A DNA stretch of 64,000 nucleotides from an uncultured Gemmatimonadales bacterium (GTDB lineage Bacteria > Gemmatimonadota > Gemmatimonadetes > Gemmatimonadales > Gemmatimonadaceae): NCBI GenBank assembly GCA_963851265.1, contig CAWKNZ010000002.1:768001-832000 (forward strand), read 5' to 3'. Of the stretch, positions 1-9,484 are shown piece after piece. The notes beneath the pieces are model-generated. The model saw nothing but the letters and a program-made list of their open reading frames with translations. It had not been told where the DNA came from and did no database searches. Both the position numbers and the translations under genes were made by a program. How positions within the stretch are numbered: the stretch's first letter is position 1; each line of letters begins with the position of its first letter.

Positions 1-520
1 CGACCGCGTCCCACGCGCTCGCGGCGCCCGCCGGGTCGGCGACGTGGGCCTGCCCCCGCCCGTCGTACCCACCCTGCGCGGCCTTCACGATCGACGGGCC
101 GAACGCGCGCACCGCGTCTGCCACGTCGTCGGCGCGCTCCGCGCGGCGGAACGCGCCGAGTGGGAAGCCGTGTGCGGCGAGCCACTCCTTCTGGCGCACG
201 CGATCCTGGATGATCCACACCGGCTCCGCACCCGGCCGCAGCGGCGCGTGGCGCGCGACGGCCTCCAGCGCGGGGCGCGCGATCTGCTCGATCTCGAGCG
301 TGACGACGGCGCACCCGCGCGCGAGGTCGGCGGCGGCGTCCGCGTCGTCGTACGCCGCGACCACCACGCGCGAGGCCACCGGCGCCGCCGCGCACGCGGC
401 GTCGGGGTCGAGCACGTGCACGTCGTAGCCCATCGAACGCGCGGCCATCGCCGTCATGCGCCCGAGCTGGCCGCCGCCGAGGATGCCGAGCGTGGTGCCG
501 GGGAGGATCGCGTCGGCCAC
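1..520 (-). CDS. purK: N5-carboxyaminoimidazole ribonucleotide synthase (5' part; runs off the window)
   Basis: Own translation of minus strand from GTG at 520: VADAILPGTTLGILGGGQLGRMTAMAARSMGYDVHVLDPD; directly downstream of purE. Confidence 0.92.
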   Translation of the reverse strand, partial: MADAILPGTTLGILGGGQLGRMTAMAARSMGYDVHVLDPDAACAAAPVASRVVVAAYDDADAAADLARGCAVVTLEIEQIARPALEAVARHAPLRPGAEPVWIIQDRVRQKEWLAAHGFPLGAFRRAERADDVADAVRAFGPSIVKAAQGGYDGRGQAHVADPAGAASAWDAV

Positions 521-528
521 GGGACGTG

Positions 529-1038
529 TTAGGCGGGGGGGAGCGTCTCGCCGAGCACGGCGTCGCGGCGCGCCTCGCGGCGGGCCTGCAGCCGCGCGCG
601 GAGCGCGGCGTCGCCGGCGGCGAGGAGCTCCGCGGCGAACAGCGCCGCGTTGATCGCGCCCGGCTTCCCGACCGCGAACGTTGCGACCGGCACGCCGCCC
701 GGCATCTGCACGATCGAGAGGAGCGCGTCGACCCCGTTGAGCAACGTCGCCGGTACGGGCACGCCGAGGATTGGCACGAGCGTCTTGGCGGCGAGCATCC
801 CGGGCAGGTGGGCCGCGCCGCCGGCTCCGGCGATGATCGCTCGCAGACCCCGCGCCTGCGCCTCCTCGGCGTACCGGAACAGCAGGTCGGGCGTGCGGTG
901 CGCGCTGACCACGCGCGCCTCGTGCGCGACGCCGAGGTCGGCGAGCGCGGCGGCGGCGTGGCGCATGACCTCCCAGTCGCTCGTGCTGCCCATGACGACG
1001 CCGACGAGCGGCGGGGCGGGGGAGGAGAAAGCACTCAT
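529..1038 (-). CDS. purE: N5-CAIR mutase
   Basis: [40 protein letters not shown] motifs; start moved to ATG 1038. Confidence 0.96.
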   Translation of the reverse strand: MSAFSSPAPPLVGVVMGSTSDWEVMRHAAAALADLGVAHEARVVSAHRTPDLLFRYAEEAQARGLRAIIAGAGGAAHLPGMLAAKTLVPILGVPVPATLLNGVDALLSIVQMPGGVPVATFAVGKPGAINAALFAAELLAAGDAALRARLQARREARRDAVLGETLPPA

Positions 1039-1127
1039 GGCGCGGGAAAATAGTCGTCCCGGGCCGCCGCGAGCGCCGTGAAGCCGCGTGGTGCCGTCCA
1101 CGGTATGCGGGCAGGCGCGGGTGGCGG

Positions 1128-1646
1128 GTGGTGCATCTGTTCGGCCCCGGCCACACCGATGTCCAACTCGCCCGGACCCATCTGGCCCACAGCCTGCTGG
1201 GCCTCGGGCGGTACGCGGCCGCGGAGTCGCTGTTCATGGCGGCGCGCGCAGCGCGGCGGGCGCTCTCCGGGCCGGATGACGGTGCGGTTGCCTCGCCCCT
1301 CACCGACCTCGGCACGCTCGCCCTTCAACGCGGGGAGCTGCCCGCCCCCGAAGCGTACTTCGCCGATCCCGCCGCGATCTTCGATCGCGCGGGCGCGAAA
1401 CCGTTCGCCATCACGGCGCGCGTGCGGCTCGTCCGGGTGCTGTTCGTTCGGGATTCGGTGGGCGAGGCGACCCGGACGCCCAGGGCGGTGCTGGACGCGT
1501 TGCGGACCGGACCGCCGGTGCGGAACGCGAAGGTGGTGATCGCGCTACGCGCGGCGGGCGACGCGGCGATGAGCCGCGGCGCGGCGGGCACGGCCGACTC
1601 GCCCGGCGCGGCCGCGACGGCCCGCGCGCTCGGTGGTTCGCCGTGA
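1128..1646 (+). CDS. Short TPR-repeat-like protein or remnant
   Basis: [19 protein letters not shown] and [14 protein letters not shown] resemble TPR repeats; no clear start context. Confidence 0.45.
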   Translation: MVHLFGPGHTDVQLARTHLAHSLLGLGRYAAAESLFMAARAARRALSGPDDGAVASPLTDLGTLALQRGELPAPEAYFADPAAIFDRAGAKPFAITARVRLVRVLFVRDSVGEATRTPRAVLDALRTGPPVRNAKVVIALRAAGDAAMSRGAAGTADSPGAAATARALGGSP

Positions 1647-1724
1647 GCGCCGCGATGCGGGCTGCGACTCAGCGGGCGTTCCGCTTCGCGGCGGCGTTCG
1701 CAGGCCGCCCGTGCCTAACGCAAA

Positions 1725-1774
1725 ACATCCGACCGTTGCACCGCCCCCCGGGGGGCGGTGCAACGGTCGGATGT
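1725..1774 (-). terminator. Perfect 50-bp palindrome after tRNA-Asn; probable intrinsic terminator
   Basis: acatccgaccgttgcaccgcccccc|ggggggcggtgcaacggtcggatgt, with a short T-run on the minus strand. Confidence 0.75.
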
Positions 1775-1783
1775 CGTCGTCAG

Positions 1784-1856
1784 CTCCCGAGACAGGACTC
1801 GAACCTGTGACCCGGCGATTAACAGTCGCCTGCTCTACCAACTGAGCTACTCGGGA
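1784..1856 (-). tRNA. tRNA-Asn (GTT), CCA not encoded
   Basis: TCCCGAG/CTCGGGA acceptor stem, AGCTCAGTTGGTAGAGC D-arm, CTGTTAA anticodon loop, GGTTCGAGTCC T-arm. Confidence 0.96.
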
Positions 1857-1892
1857 ATACCCCCGCAAGATAAGCCGCCCGGCCGACGACGG

Positions 1893-4823
1893 TCAACCCG
1901 CGGCGAGGCGCCGCGCGCGCGTCCGCTTGCCTTCGACCGGCGCGGTGACTCCGTCCGCCGCGTCGCGATCCTCCGGCGCCGGCACCGGCGATTTCAGCAC
2001 GCGCTGCAGGAAGCGCCCGGTGTGCGACCGCGGCTCGGCCATGACGGCCTCGGGCCGCCCCATCGCCACGATCTGCCCGCCCTCGTCACCCGCTTCCGGG
2101 CCCACGTCGATCACCCAGTCCGCGAGCTTGATCACGTCGAGGTTGTGCTCGATCAACAGCAGCGTGTGCCCCGCGTCGACCAGCCGGTCGAACACCTGCG
2201 CGAGCTTGCGCACGTCCTCCAGGTGCAACCCCGTGGTCGGCTCGTCCATCACGTACAGCTTGCGCCCCTTGCTCTTGGCCGACGCGGCCAGCTCGCGCGC
2301 GATCTTCACGCGCTGCGCCTCGCCGCCCGAGAGCGTCGTCGCCGGCTGGCCGAGGCGCAGGTAGCCGAGCCCCACCTGCTGCAGCTGCCAGAGCGCCTGC
2401 CCGAGCTTCTCCTCGCGCGGGAAGAAGCGGATCGCCTCGTCCACGGTCATGCCTAACACGTCGTGGATCGTCTTCCCGCGCACCGCGACCTCGAGCACGT
2501 CGGCCTTGAACCGCTTGCCGCCGCACACGTCGCACGGCACGAACACGTCGGCCATGAACACCATCTCGACCTCGACGTAGCCCGCGCCCTCGCACGCCTC
2601 GCAGCGCCCGCCCTCGCTGTTGAACGAGAACGTCCCCGGCGTGTACCCGCGCTGCCGCGCCAGCGGCTGCTCGGCGAACAGCCGGCGAATCTCGTCGTAC
2701 GCCTTCACGTACGTGACCGGATTGGAGCGCGGCGTGCGGCCGATCGGGCTCTGGTCGACGAGCACCACGTCGTCGAGCGCCTCCCACCCCGAGAGCGTGT
2801 CGAACGCCCCCACGCGCTCGCCGAGGTGCTGCTTGGCGGAGTGTTCGCCGTGCAGCCGCTCTTCGAGCGCGCGGTAGAGCACGTCGTGCACGAGGGTGCT
2901 CTTGCCCGAGCCCGACACGCCGGTCACCACCGTCATCGCGCCTAACGGGACGCGCACGTCGGCGCCCTTGAGGTTGTGCTCGCGAGCGCCGGTGAGCGCG
3001 AGCCAGCGCGGGCCCACGCGCCGCCGCTCGCGCGGCAGCGGGACCGTCCGCGCGCCGGTGAGGTACTGGCCCGTGAGCGGGCTCTCCGCGACCCGGTCGA
3101 GGGTGCCCGCGAAGACGAGCTCGCCCCCCTGCTCGCCGCTCCCCGGCCCGAGCTCGACCATGTAGTCGGCGACCTCGATCGCCTCGGGGTCGTGCTCGAC
3201 CACCAGCACCGTGTTGCCGCCGTCGCGCAGCCGGTGCAGCAGCCGCAGCAGCCGCTCCATGTCGCGCGAATGCAGTCCCACGCTCGGCTCGTCGAGCACG
3301 TAGAGTGTGTCGACCAGGCGCGCGCCCAACGAGTTGGCGAGCCCGATCCGCTGCGCCTCGCCGCCCGAGAGCGTCCGCGTCGCGCGGTTGAGCGAGAGGT
3401 AGCCGAGGCCGACGTCGCAGAGGAAGCGCACGCGCCCGCGCGCCTCCTCGAGCACGTGCGCGGCGACCTGCCGCTCGAAGTCGGTGAGCGCGACGCCGTC
3501 GAGCCACTCGATGAGGCGGCCCACGGGCATCGCGGCCGCGTCCGCGATCGTCGCGCCGCCGAAGCGCACGGCGAGCGCCTCGGGCTTGAGCTTCGTGCCG
3601 TGGCACGTGGGGCACTCCTGCGCCGTCTGGTACTGCCGCAGGAAGACGCGGATGTACTGCTTGTAGCGCTTCTCCTCCTTCGACCGCAGAAACGGGAACG
3701 CGCCGAGGAAGCCGTTCGCGCCGCGCCCCTCGGCGCGCAGCACGCGCTCCTGCTGGGCGCGCGGCAGCTCCCGCCACGGCGCGTCCGGGTCGATCCGCTC
3801 GCGCCGCGCGAACTCGAGCAGCTTGCGCCGCTCGGCCTCGTAACGCGGCTTCTCCCACGGATCGACCGCGCCGCCTCGGAGCGACCGGTCGGCGTTCGGC
3901 ACGATCAGCCGCTCGTCGTACTCGAGCACCGCGCCGAAGCCGTTGCACGTCTCGCACGCGCCGCGCGGGTTGTTGAACGAGAAGAGTTGCGGCGACGGGG
4001 CGGGGAGGCGGGTGCCGTCGTTGGGGCACTCGTAGCGCTCGGTCGCGTTCACGCGCGTGATCGGCCGCCCGGCCGACTCCGGCAGCGGCGAGGGCACGGG
4101 CTCGGCGAACAGGACGGTCGCGTCGCCGTCGCCCTCGCGGAAGGCCGTGCCTAACGCGTCGGAGAGCCGCGAGCGCGCGTCCTCGCGGACGGCGAGGCGG
4201 TCGACCACGACGAGCAGGTCGCCGACCGCGGTCAGGTCGAGGCCGCGGGCCGCGACGTCGTCGAGGTGCAGCGTCTCGCCGTCGGCCACGACGCGGACGA
4301 AGCCCTGCGCGCGCAGGTTCTCGTCCACGATCGCGTGCGTGACCTTGGACGAGAGCCGCAGCGGGAACGCGACCGCGAACCGCGTGCCCTCGGGCACGCG
4401 GTAGAGCAGGTCGGTGATCGACTCCACCGAGTCGGGCTTGAGCTCGCGCCCGCACACGGGGCAGTACGTGCGGCCGACGCGCGCCCAGAGCAGCCGCAGG
4501 TAGTCGTACACCTCGGTCGCCGTGCCCACCGTGGAGCGCGACGTCTTGGTCGGGTTCTTCTGCTCGATCGCGACGGCGGGCGAGAGCCCCTCGATCACGT
4601 CGACGTCCGGCTTTTCCATCCGTTCGAGGAACTGGCGCGCGTACGCGCTCAGCGACTCGACGTAGCGACGCTGCCCCTCGGCGTAGATCGTGTCGAAGGC
4701 GAGCGTCGACTTGCCGGACCCCGACGGCCCGGTGATCACGGTGTAGCTCCGGCGCGGGATCTCGAGGTCGAAGCCCTTGAGGTTGTGCTGCCGCGCGCCG
4801 CGGACGATGATGCGATCTTTCAC
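1893..4823 (-). CDS. uvrA: Excinuclease ABC subunit A
   Basis: GARQHNLK, two Walker A ([16 protein letters not shown]), two LSGGEAQR, zinc-finger CxxC pairs. Confidence 0.97.
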   Translation of the reverse strand: MKDRIIVRGARQHNLKGFDLEIPRRSYTVITGPSGSGKSTLAFDTIYAEGQRRYVESLSAYARQFLERMEKPDVDVIEGLSPAVAIEQKNPTKTSRSTVGTATEVYDYLRLLWARVGRTYCPVCGRELKPDSVESITDLLYRVPEGTRFAVAFPLRLSSKVTHAIVDENLRAQGFVRVVADGETLHLDDVAARGLDLTAVGDLLVVVDRLAVREDARSRLSDALGTAFREGDGDATVLFAEPVPSPLPESAGRPITRVNATERYECPNDGTRLPAPSPQLFSFNNPRGACETCNGFGAVLEYDERLIVPNADRSLRGGAVDPWEKPRYEAERRKLLEFARRERIDPDAPWRELPRAQQERVLRAEGRGANGFLGAFPFLRSKEEKRYKQYIRVFLRQYQTAQECPTCHGTKLKPEALAVRFGGATIADAAAMPVGRLIEWLDGVALTDFERQVAAHVLEEARGRVRFLCDVGLGYLSLNRATRTLSGGEAQRIGLANSLGARLVDTLYVLDEPSVGLHSRDMERLLRLLHRLRDGGNTVLVVEHDPEAIEVADYMVELGPGSGEQGGELVFAGTLDRVAESPLTGQYLTGARTVPLPRERRRVGPRWLALTGAREHNLKGADVRVPLGAMTVVTGVSGSGKSTLVHDVLYRALEERLHGEHSAKQHLGERVGAFDTLSGWEALDDVVLVDQSPIGRTPRSNPVTYVKAYDEIRRLFAEQPLARQRGYTPGTFSFNSEGGRCEACEGAGYVEVEMVFMADVFVPCDVCGGKRFKADVLEVAVRGKTIHDVLGMTVDEAIRFFPREEKLGQALWQLQQVGLGYLRLGQPATTLSGGEAQRVKIARELAASAKSKGRKLYVMDEPTTGLHLEDVRKLAQVFDRLVDAGHTLLLIEHNLDVIKLADWVIDVGPEAGDEGGQIVAMGRPEAVMAEPRSHTGRFLQRVLKSPVPAPEDRDAADGVTAPVEGKRTRARRLAAG

Positions 4824-4890
4824 GCCCGAAAGCTACCCGAAACGCGCCGCCGCGGAGACCCGGCGGACGGCGGCGCGACTCCCCGAAACG

Positions 4891-4963
4891 CGACGGGGGC
4901 GCCCCGAGAGGCGCCCCCGCACACGTCCGTTCCGTCCGGCGCCCCGCGGGGGCGCCCCCGTCG
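4891..4963. terminator. Nested GC-rich inverted repeats; probable terminator of the GlsB-family gene
   Basis: cgacgggggcgcccc (4891-4905) pairs with ggggcgcccccgtcg (4949-4963); two internal ggcgcc hairpins. Confidence 0.5.
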
Positions 4964-5227
4964 TCAGACGGTCGAGCGGCGTGTCACCATGCGGTAGATC
5001 CACAGCAGGATCACCGCGCCGACGACCGCAATCAGGATGCTGTACAGGTTGACGCCCGACACGCCCGAGATCCCGAACAGCGTGTTCCCGAGGAAGCCGC
5101 CGATGACGGCGCCGACGATGCCGATGAGCATCGTGACCAGGAAGCCGCCCGGATCGCGACCCGGCATGATCGCCTTCGCGATGGCGCCCGAAATCAGGCC
5201 AAGAATCACCCATGCGAGAATGCCCAT
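4964..5227 (-). CDS. GlsB/YeaQ/YmgE family stress-response membrane protein
   Basis: MGILAWVILGLISGAIAKAIMPGRDPGG...IGIVGAVIGG; GGAGG RBS upstream. Confidence 0.92.
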   Translation of the reverse strand: MGILAWVILGLISGAIAKAIMPGRDPGGFLVTMLIGIVGAVIGGFLGNTLFGISGVSGVNLYSILIAVVGAVILLWIYRMVTRRSTV

Positions 5228-5365
5228 CTGAAACCTCCAACGAACGGTGTGTGGTGCGCGGTGGTGCGGGTGGCGTGCGGGACGTCGAATAGCAACGCGC
5301 GTACCAGACCGCGCGTACGCCGCAACCGTAGCGGGTGCGCCACAATCGACTACCCTTCGTGACCC

Positions 5366-7327
5366 ATGGCGACCGCCCCGACCACAGACGCGCCCGACGA
5401 CGAAGCGCTCGCCGCGGCGTACGACGCGCGCCTCATGCGGCGCCTGCTCCGGTACGCGCGCCCGTACGCGGCACTCGGCGTCGGCGCCGTCCTGCTGCTC
5501 TGCCTGGAGGGCGGCACGCAGCTCGTTGGGCCCGCGCTCACGCGGCGCGTCATCGACGTCGCGATCCCGGCCCGCGACGCCGGCATGGTGCGCACCGCGG
5601 CGCTGCTCTACATGCTCGCACTCGCGTTACAGTTCGGCGCGGGTTACGGCGAAACGGTGCTCACCGGCCTCCTCGGCCAGCACGTCATGCGCGACCTGCG
5701 CGGGCAGCTGTTCGCGCACCTGCAGCGCCTCCCGATCGCGTATTTCGACCGCACGCCGGTGGGGCGCCTCGTCACGCGCGTGACGGGCGACGTCGAGGCG
5801 CTCAACGAGCTGTTCACCGCGGGCGTCGTCGCCGGGCTCGGCGACCTGTTCACGCTCGCCGCGATCTCGGTGATGATGCTCGCCGTCGACTGGCGGCTCG
5901 CGCTCGCGGCCTTCGTCGTCATCCCGTTCGTCGTGCTCGTCTCGCGCGTGTTCCAGCGCCGCGTGCGCGCGCTCTACCGCGACATCCGCACGCGCGTCGC
6001 GCGCATCAACGCGTTCGCGCAGGAGCGCCTAACGGGACTCCGCGTCGTGCAGCTGTTCGGGCGCGAACGCGGCGAGCGCGCGCGGTTCGACGTGCTCAAC
6101 CAGTCGCACCTGCAGGCGCAGCTCCGCTCCATCACCGTCTACGCGCTGTACTTCCCGGCGATCGAGGTGCTCACGACGGTCGCGCTCGCGAGCCTGCTCG
6201 TCGGCGCGGCGGGGCGCGTCGGGGCGGGCACGCTCACCATCGGCACCGTCGCGGCGTTTCTACAGCTCGTACGCCGCTTCTTCCAGCCGCTGCAGGACCT
6301 GTCCGAGAAGTTCAACATCCTGCAGGCCGCGATGGCGGCCGCCGAACGCATCTTCGGGCTGCTCGACACCCCCACCGAGCCCGACGCCGGCGCGGCCGCG
6401 GCGGCCGCCGACGCCGCGCACGCGGCCGGCGCGCTCCCGCGGGGCGTCACGGTCGAGTTCGAGGACGTGTGGTTCGCCTACGACCTCGCGCACACCGCGG
6501 CCGGCACGGCCGGCGCGGACGCGTCGAAATCCGAACACCCCGAATGGGTGCTCCGCGGCGTCAGCTTCCGGGCGGAGCCGGGCGAGACGCTGGCCCTCGT
6601 CGGGCACACCGGCGCGGGCAAGTCGACCATCGTCGCGCTCCTCCTGCGCTTCTACGACCCGCAGCGCGGGCGCATCCTGCTCGACGGCGTCGACGTGCGC
6701 ACGCTCCCACGCGAGCTCGTGCGCGCGCGCGTCGGGTACGTGCAGCAGGACATCTTCCTCTTCGCCGGCGACGTCGCCTCCAACGTGCGGCTGTCGGCGC
6801 CGATCACCGACGCGGCGCTCGACGAAGCAGCCGCCCGCGTCGGCGCCGACCGCGTGGTGCGCCGACTCCCGGGCGGCTGGAACCACGAACTCGGCGAGCG
6901 CGGCGCCACGCTCAGCGTGGGCGAACGCCAGCTGCTCTCGTTCGCGCGGGCGATCGCGGCCGACCCGGCGCTGCTCGTCCTCGACGAAGCCACGAGCGCC
7001 GTCGACAGCGAGGCCGAGGCGGTCATTCAGGACGGGCTCGCGTCGCTGCGCCAGGGGCGGACCACGATCGCGATCGCGCACCGGCTCTCGACCATCGTCG
7101 ACGCCGAACAGATCCTCGTGCTCCACCACGGGCGCGTCGTCGAGCGCGGCACCCATCGCGCACTGCTCGCGCGCAACGGCCTCTACGCGCGGCTGTACCG
7201 GTTGCAGATCGCCGACGCCGCGCAGGACGCCGACTCCGACGACGCGGCCGCGGACGACGGCGTAGCGGGGACGCGCTCGGGGAGCGGTGGCCGCGCCCTG
7301 CTTGCTCCCTCCGGAACGCGCCCGTAG
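5366..7327 (+). CDS. ABC exporter, fused permease/ATPase (MdlB-like)
   Basis: TM domain, GHTGAGKS, LSVGERQ, LVLDEATS, IAHRLST. Confidence 0.93.
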   Translation: MATAPTTDAPDDEALAAAYDARLMRRLLRYARPYAALGVGAVLLLCLEGGTQLVGPALTRRVIDVAIPARDAGMVRTAALLYMLALALQFGAGYGETVLTGLLGQHVMRDLRGQLFAHLQRLPIAYFDRTPVGRLVTRVTGDVEALNELFTAGVVAGLGDLFTLAAISVMMLAVDWRLALAAFVVIPFVVLVSRVFQRRVRALYRDIRTRVARINAFAQERLTGLRVVQLFGRERGERARFDVLNQSHLQAQLRSITVYALYFPAIEVLTTVALASLLVGAAGRVGAGTLTIGTVAAFLQLVRRFFQPLQDLSEKFNILQAAMAAAERIFGLLDTPTEPDAGAAAAAADAAHAAGALPRGVTVEFEDVWFAYDLAHTAAGTAGADASKSEHPEWVLRGVSFRAEPGETLALVGHTGAGKSTIVALLLRFYDPQRGRILLDGVDVRTLPRELVRARVGYVQQDIFLFAGDVASNVRLSAPITDAALDEAAARVGADRVVRRLPGGWNHELGERGATLSVGERQLLSFARAIAADPALLVLDEATSAVDSEAEAVIQDGLASLRQGRTTIAIAHRLSTIVDAEQILVLHHGRVVERGTHRALLARNGLYARLYRLQIADAAQDADSDDAAADDGVAGTRSGSGGRALLAPSGTRP

Positions 7328-7431
7328 GTTGCCCCCTTGCGCCGCTCGTTCACCGTCGTGCTCGTGGCCCCCGCTTCGGCCTGACCGCCTTCCGCCCGGC
7401 CCATCGCCGCTCCTCCGGTTCACCACCTCTC

Positions 7432-8232
7432 GTGCAGCTTGCCGTGGCCGCCCGTACGGACATTGGACGTGTCCGGAGCGGGAATGAAGACAGTCTCTAC
7501 GCCGACGCCACGCCGAGTCGCGGGCTGTTCATCGTAGCCGACGGGATGGGCGGCCACGCGGCCGGCGAGGTGGCGAGTGCGATGGCGGTGCACATCATCG
7601 CGCAGGAGCTCACCGCCCTCGCCGCGGCCGACGACGCCGACGCCCCCGCGCGCATGGCGAACGCGCTCGTCTCCGCCAACCGTGCCATCCACGAGCGCAC
7701 CGAGCGCGAGAGCGACAAGCACGGGATGGGCACGACGGCGTCGGTGCTCGCCGTCTCGGACGCGGGCTACCTCATCGGGCAGGTCGGCGACTCGCGCGTC
7801 TACCTGCTGCGCGACGGCACGCTGCGCCAGCTCACGCGCGACCACTCGTACGTGCAGGAGCAGGTCGACGCCGGGCTCCTCTCCCCCGAGCAGGCGCGCT
7901 ATCACCCGTACAGCAACGTCATCACCCGCTGCATCGGCGCCAACGGCCACGTCGAGCCCGACGTGTTCACGGGTGAGGTCGCGCCCGGCGACGTATTCCT
8001 CATCGCGAGCGACGGGCTGACCGGGATGGTCGACGACAAGCGCCTGCAGCAACTGCTCTCGTCGCGCGCGGCGCCTGCGCGCGTCGTCGACGCCCTGATC
8101 GCCGAGGCGAACGGGCGCGGCGGACTCGACAATATCACGGCGATCATCGTGCAGGTCATCGCCGCCGGCAACGGAGCCGCGGGCGGCGCGCTCGCGGGTG
8201 CCGCGGTCACGGGCGGGGCAGGACGTGTCTGA
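7432..8232 (+). CDS. PP2C/Stp1-family Ser/Thr phosphatase
   Basis: TDIGRVRSGNED, VADGMGGH, VGDSRVY, ASDGL, GGLDNIT; GTG start at 7432 within the 965-aa track ORF. Confidence 0.93.
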   Translation: MQLAVAARTDIGRVRSGNEDSLYADATPSRGLFIVADGMGGHAAGEVASAMAVHIIAQELTALAAADDADAPARMANALVSANRAIHERTERESDKHGMGTTASVLAVSDAGYLIGQVGDSRVYLLRDGTLRQLTRDHSYVQEQVDAGLLSPEQARYHPYSNVITRCIGANGHVEPDVFTGEVAPGDVFLIASDGLTGMVDDKRLQQLLSSRAAPARVVDALIAEANGRGGLDNITAIIVQVIAAGNGAAGGALAGAAVTGGAGRV

Positions 8233-8425
8233 ATCGGCCGCCGTCGACCCACCCGCCGAAACGGTCGGTGACGTCGCCGGGCTCTACCTGGGCAACATCC
8301 TCTACGCGATCGAGCGCGCCGCGCTCTCGCTCGACGCGGAGGACCGGCGCGAGGACGCCGCCTTCTACCGCGGCATCGGCCGCAAGCTGGCCGATGCACG
8401 CGGCCGCGAACGCGCGGCGCGCTAA
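8225..8425 (+). CDS. Small hypothetical protein
   Basis: Overlaps PP2C stop; host-like codon usage; YLGNILYAIERAA. Confidence 0.65.
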   Translation: MSESAAVDPPAETVGDVAGLYLGNILYAIERAALSLDAEDRREDAAFYRGIGRKLADARGRERAAR

Positions 8426-8466
8426 CGCGCCGCGCGCTAACGCGCCCGCCTCACACACCGTCGTCG

Positions 8467-9456
8467 ATGGAGCCTCGAGCACTCGGACGCACCGGCTGGA
8501 ACGTCGCCCCGATCGGTTTCGGCGCCTGGGCCATCGGCGGCGATGCGTGGGGGCGGCAGGACGATGACGAGTCGCTGCGCACGCTGCACGCGGCCATCGA
8601 CCACGGCGTCAACTTCATCGACACCGCCGACGTGTACGGCGACGGCCACTCCGAGCGGCTCGTCGCCCGCCTGAAGCGCGAACGCCCGTCCGACGAGATC
8701 TACGTCGCGACCAAGGCCGGCCGCCGGCTCAATCCGCACGTGGCGAGCGGGTACGACCGCGCCAACCTCACCACGTTCGTCGAGCGCAGCCTCGTCAACC
8801 TCGACACCGACGCGCTCGATCTTCTCCAGCTGCACTGCCCGCCGAGCGAGGTCTACGACACGCCGGAGGTGTTCGGCGTGCTGGACGATCTGACCGCGGC
8901 GGGCAAGATCCGGTACTACGGCGTGAGCGTCGAGACGGTCGACGAGGCGATGCGCGCGATCGAGTACCCGAACGTGCAGGCGGTGCAGATCATCTTCAAC
9001 ATGTTCCGCCTCAAGCCGGCCGATGCGTTCCTCGCCGCGGCCGGCGCGCGGCGCGTGGGCGTGCTGGCGCGCGTGCCGCTCGCGAGCGGACTGCTGAGCG
9101 GCAAGCTGCGCCGCGACACGTCGTTCGCCGAAACCGACCACCGGCGCTTCAACCGCCACGGCGAGGCGTTCGACGCCGGCGAGACGTTCAGCGGCGTCGA
9201 TTACGAGACCGGACTGCGCGCCGTCGAGGAGCTGCGCCCGCTGGTGCCCCCGGGCGCGACGCTCGCCCAACTCGCCCTCCGCTGGATCCTCATGTTCCCG
9301 GACGTCACGCTGGCCATCCCCGGCGCGCGCAATCCGGAGCAGGCCGGGGCCAACGTGGCGGCGGCCGACCTGCCGTCGCTGACCGAGGCGCAGATGGCCG
9401 CCGTGCGGACGGTGTACGACCGCGAGATCCGGGCGAGCGTGCACCCGCGGTGGTGA
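8467..9456 (+). CDS. Aldo/keto reductase
   Basis: GFGAWAIGG, FIDTADVYGDGHSE, ATK, LQLH, PLASGLL. Confidence 0.94.
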   Translation: MEPRALGRTGWNVAPIGFGAWAIGGDAWGRQDDDESLRTLHAAIDHGVNFIDTADVYGDGHSERLVARLKRERPSDEIYVATKAGRRLNPHVASGYDRANLTTFVERSLVNLDTDALDLLQLHCPPSEVYDTPEVFGVLDDLTAAGKIRYYGVSVETVDEAMRAIEYPNVQAVQIIFNMFRLKPADAFLAAAGARRVGVLARVPLASGLLSGKLRRDTSFAETDHRRFNRHGEAFDAGETFSGVDYETGLRAVEELRPLVPPGATLAQLALRWILMFPDVTLAIPGARNPEQAGANVAAADLPSLTEAQMAAVRTVYDREIRASVHPRW

Positions 9457-9484
9457 AGCGGCTGGCCGCGCGTCGGCCGACCCG

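Noticed and set aside
4828..4843. GAAA-N7-GAAA upstream of uvrA as an SOS box
   Set aside because: Better explained by the TAGCTT -10 element; the match is weak.
5335..7431. 965-aa ORF suggesting a long N-terminal fusion to PP2C
   Set aside because: The upstream part is an Arg-rich off-frame shadow of the ABC gene; PP2C starts at 7432.
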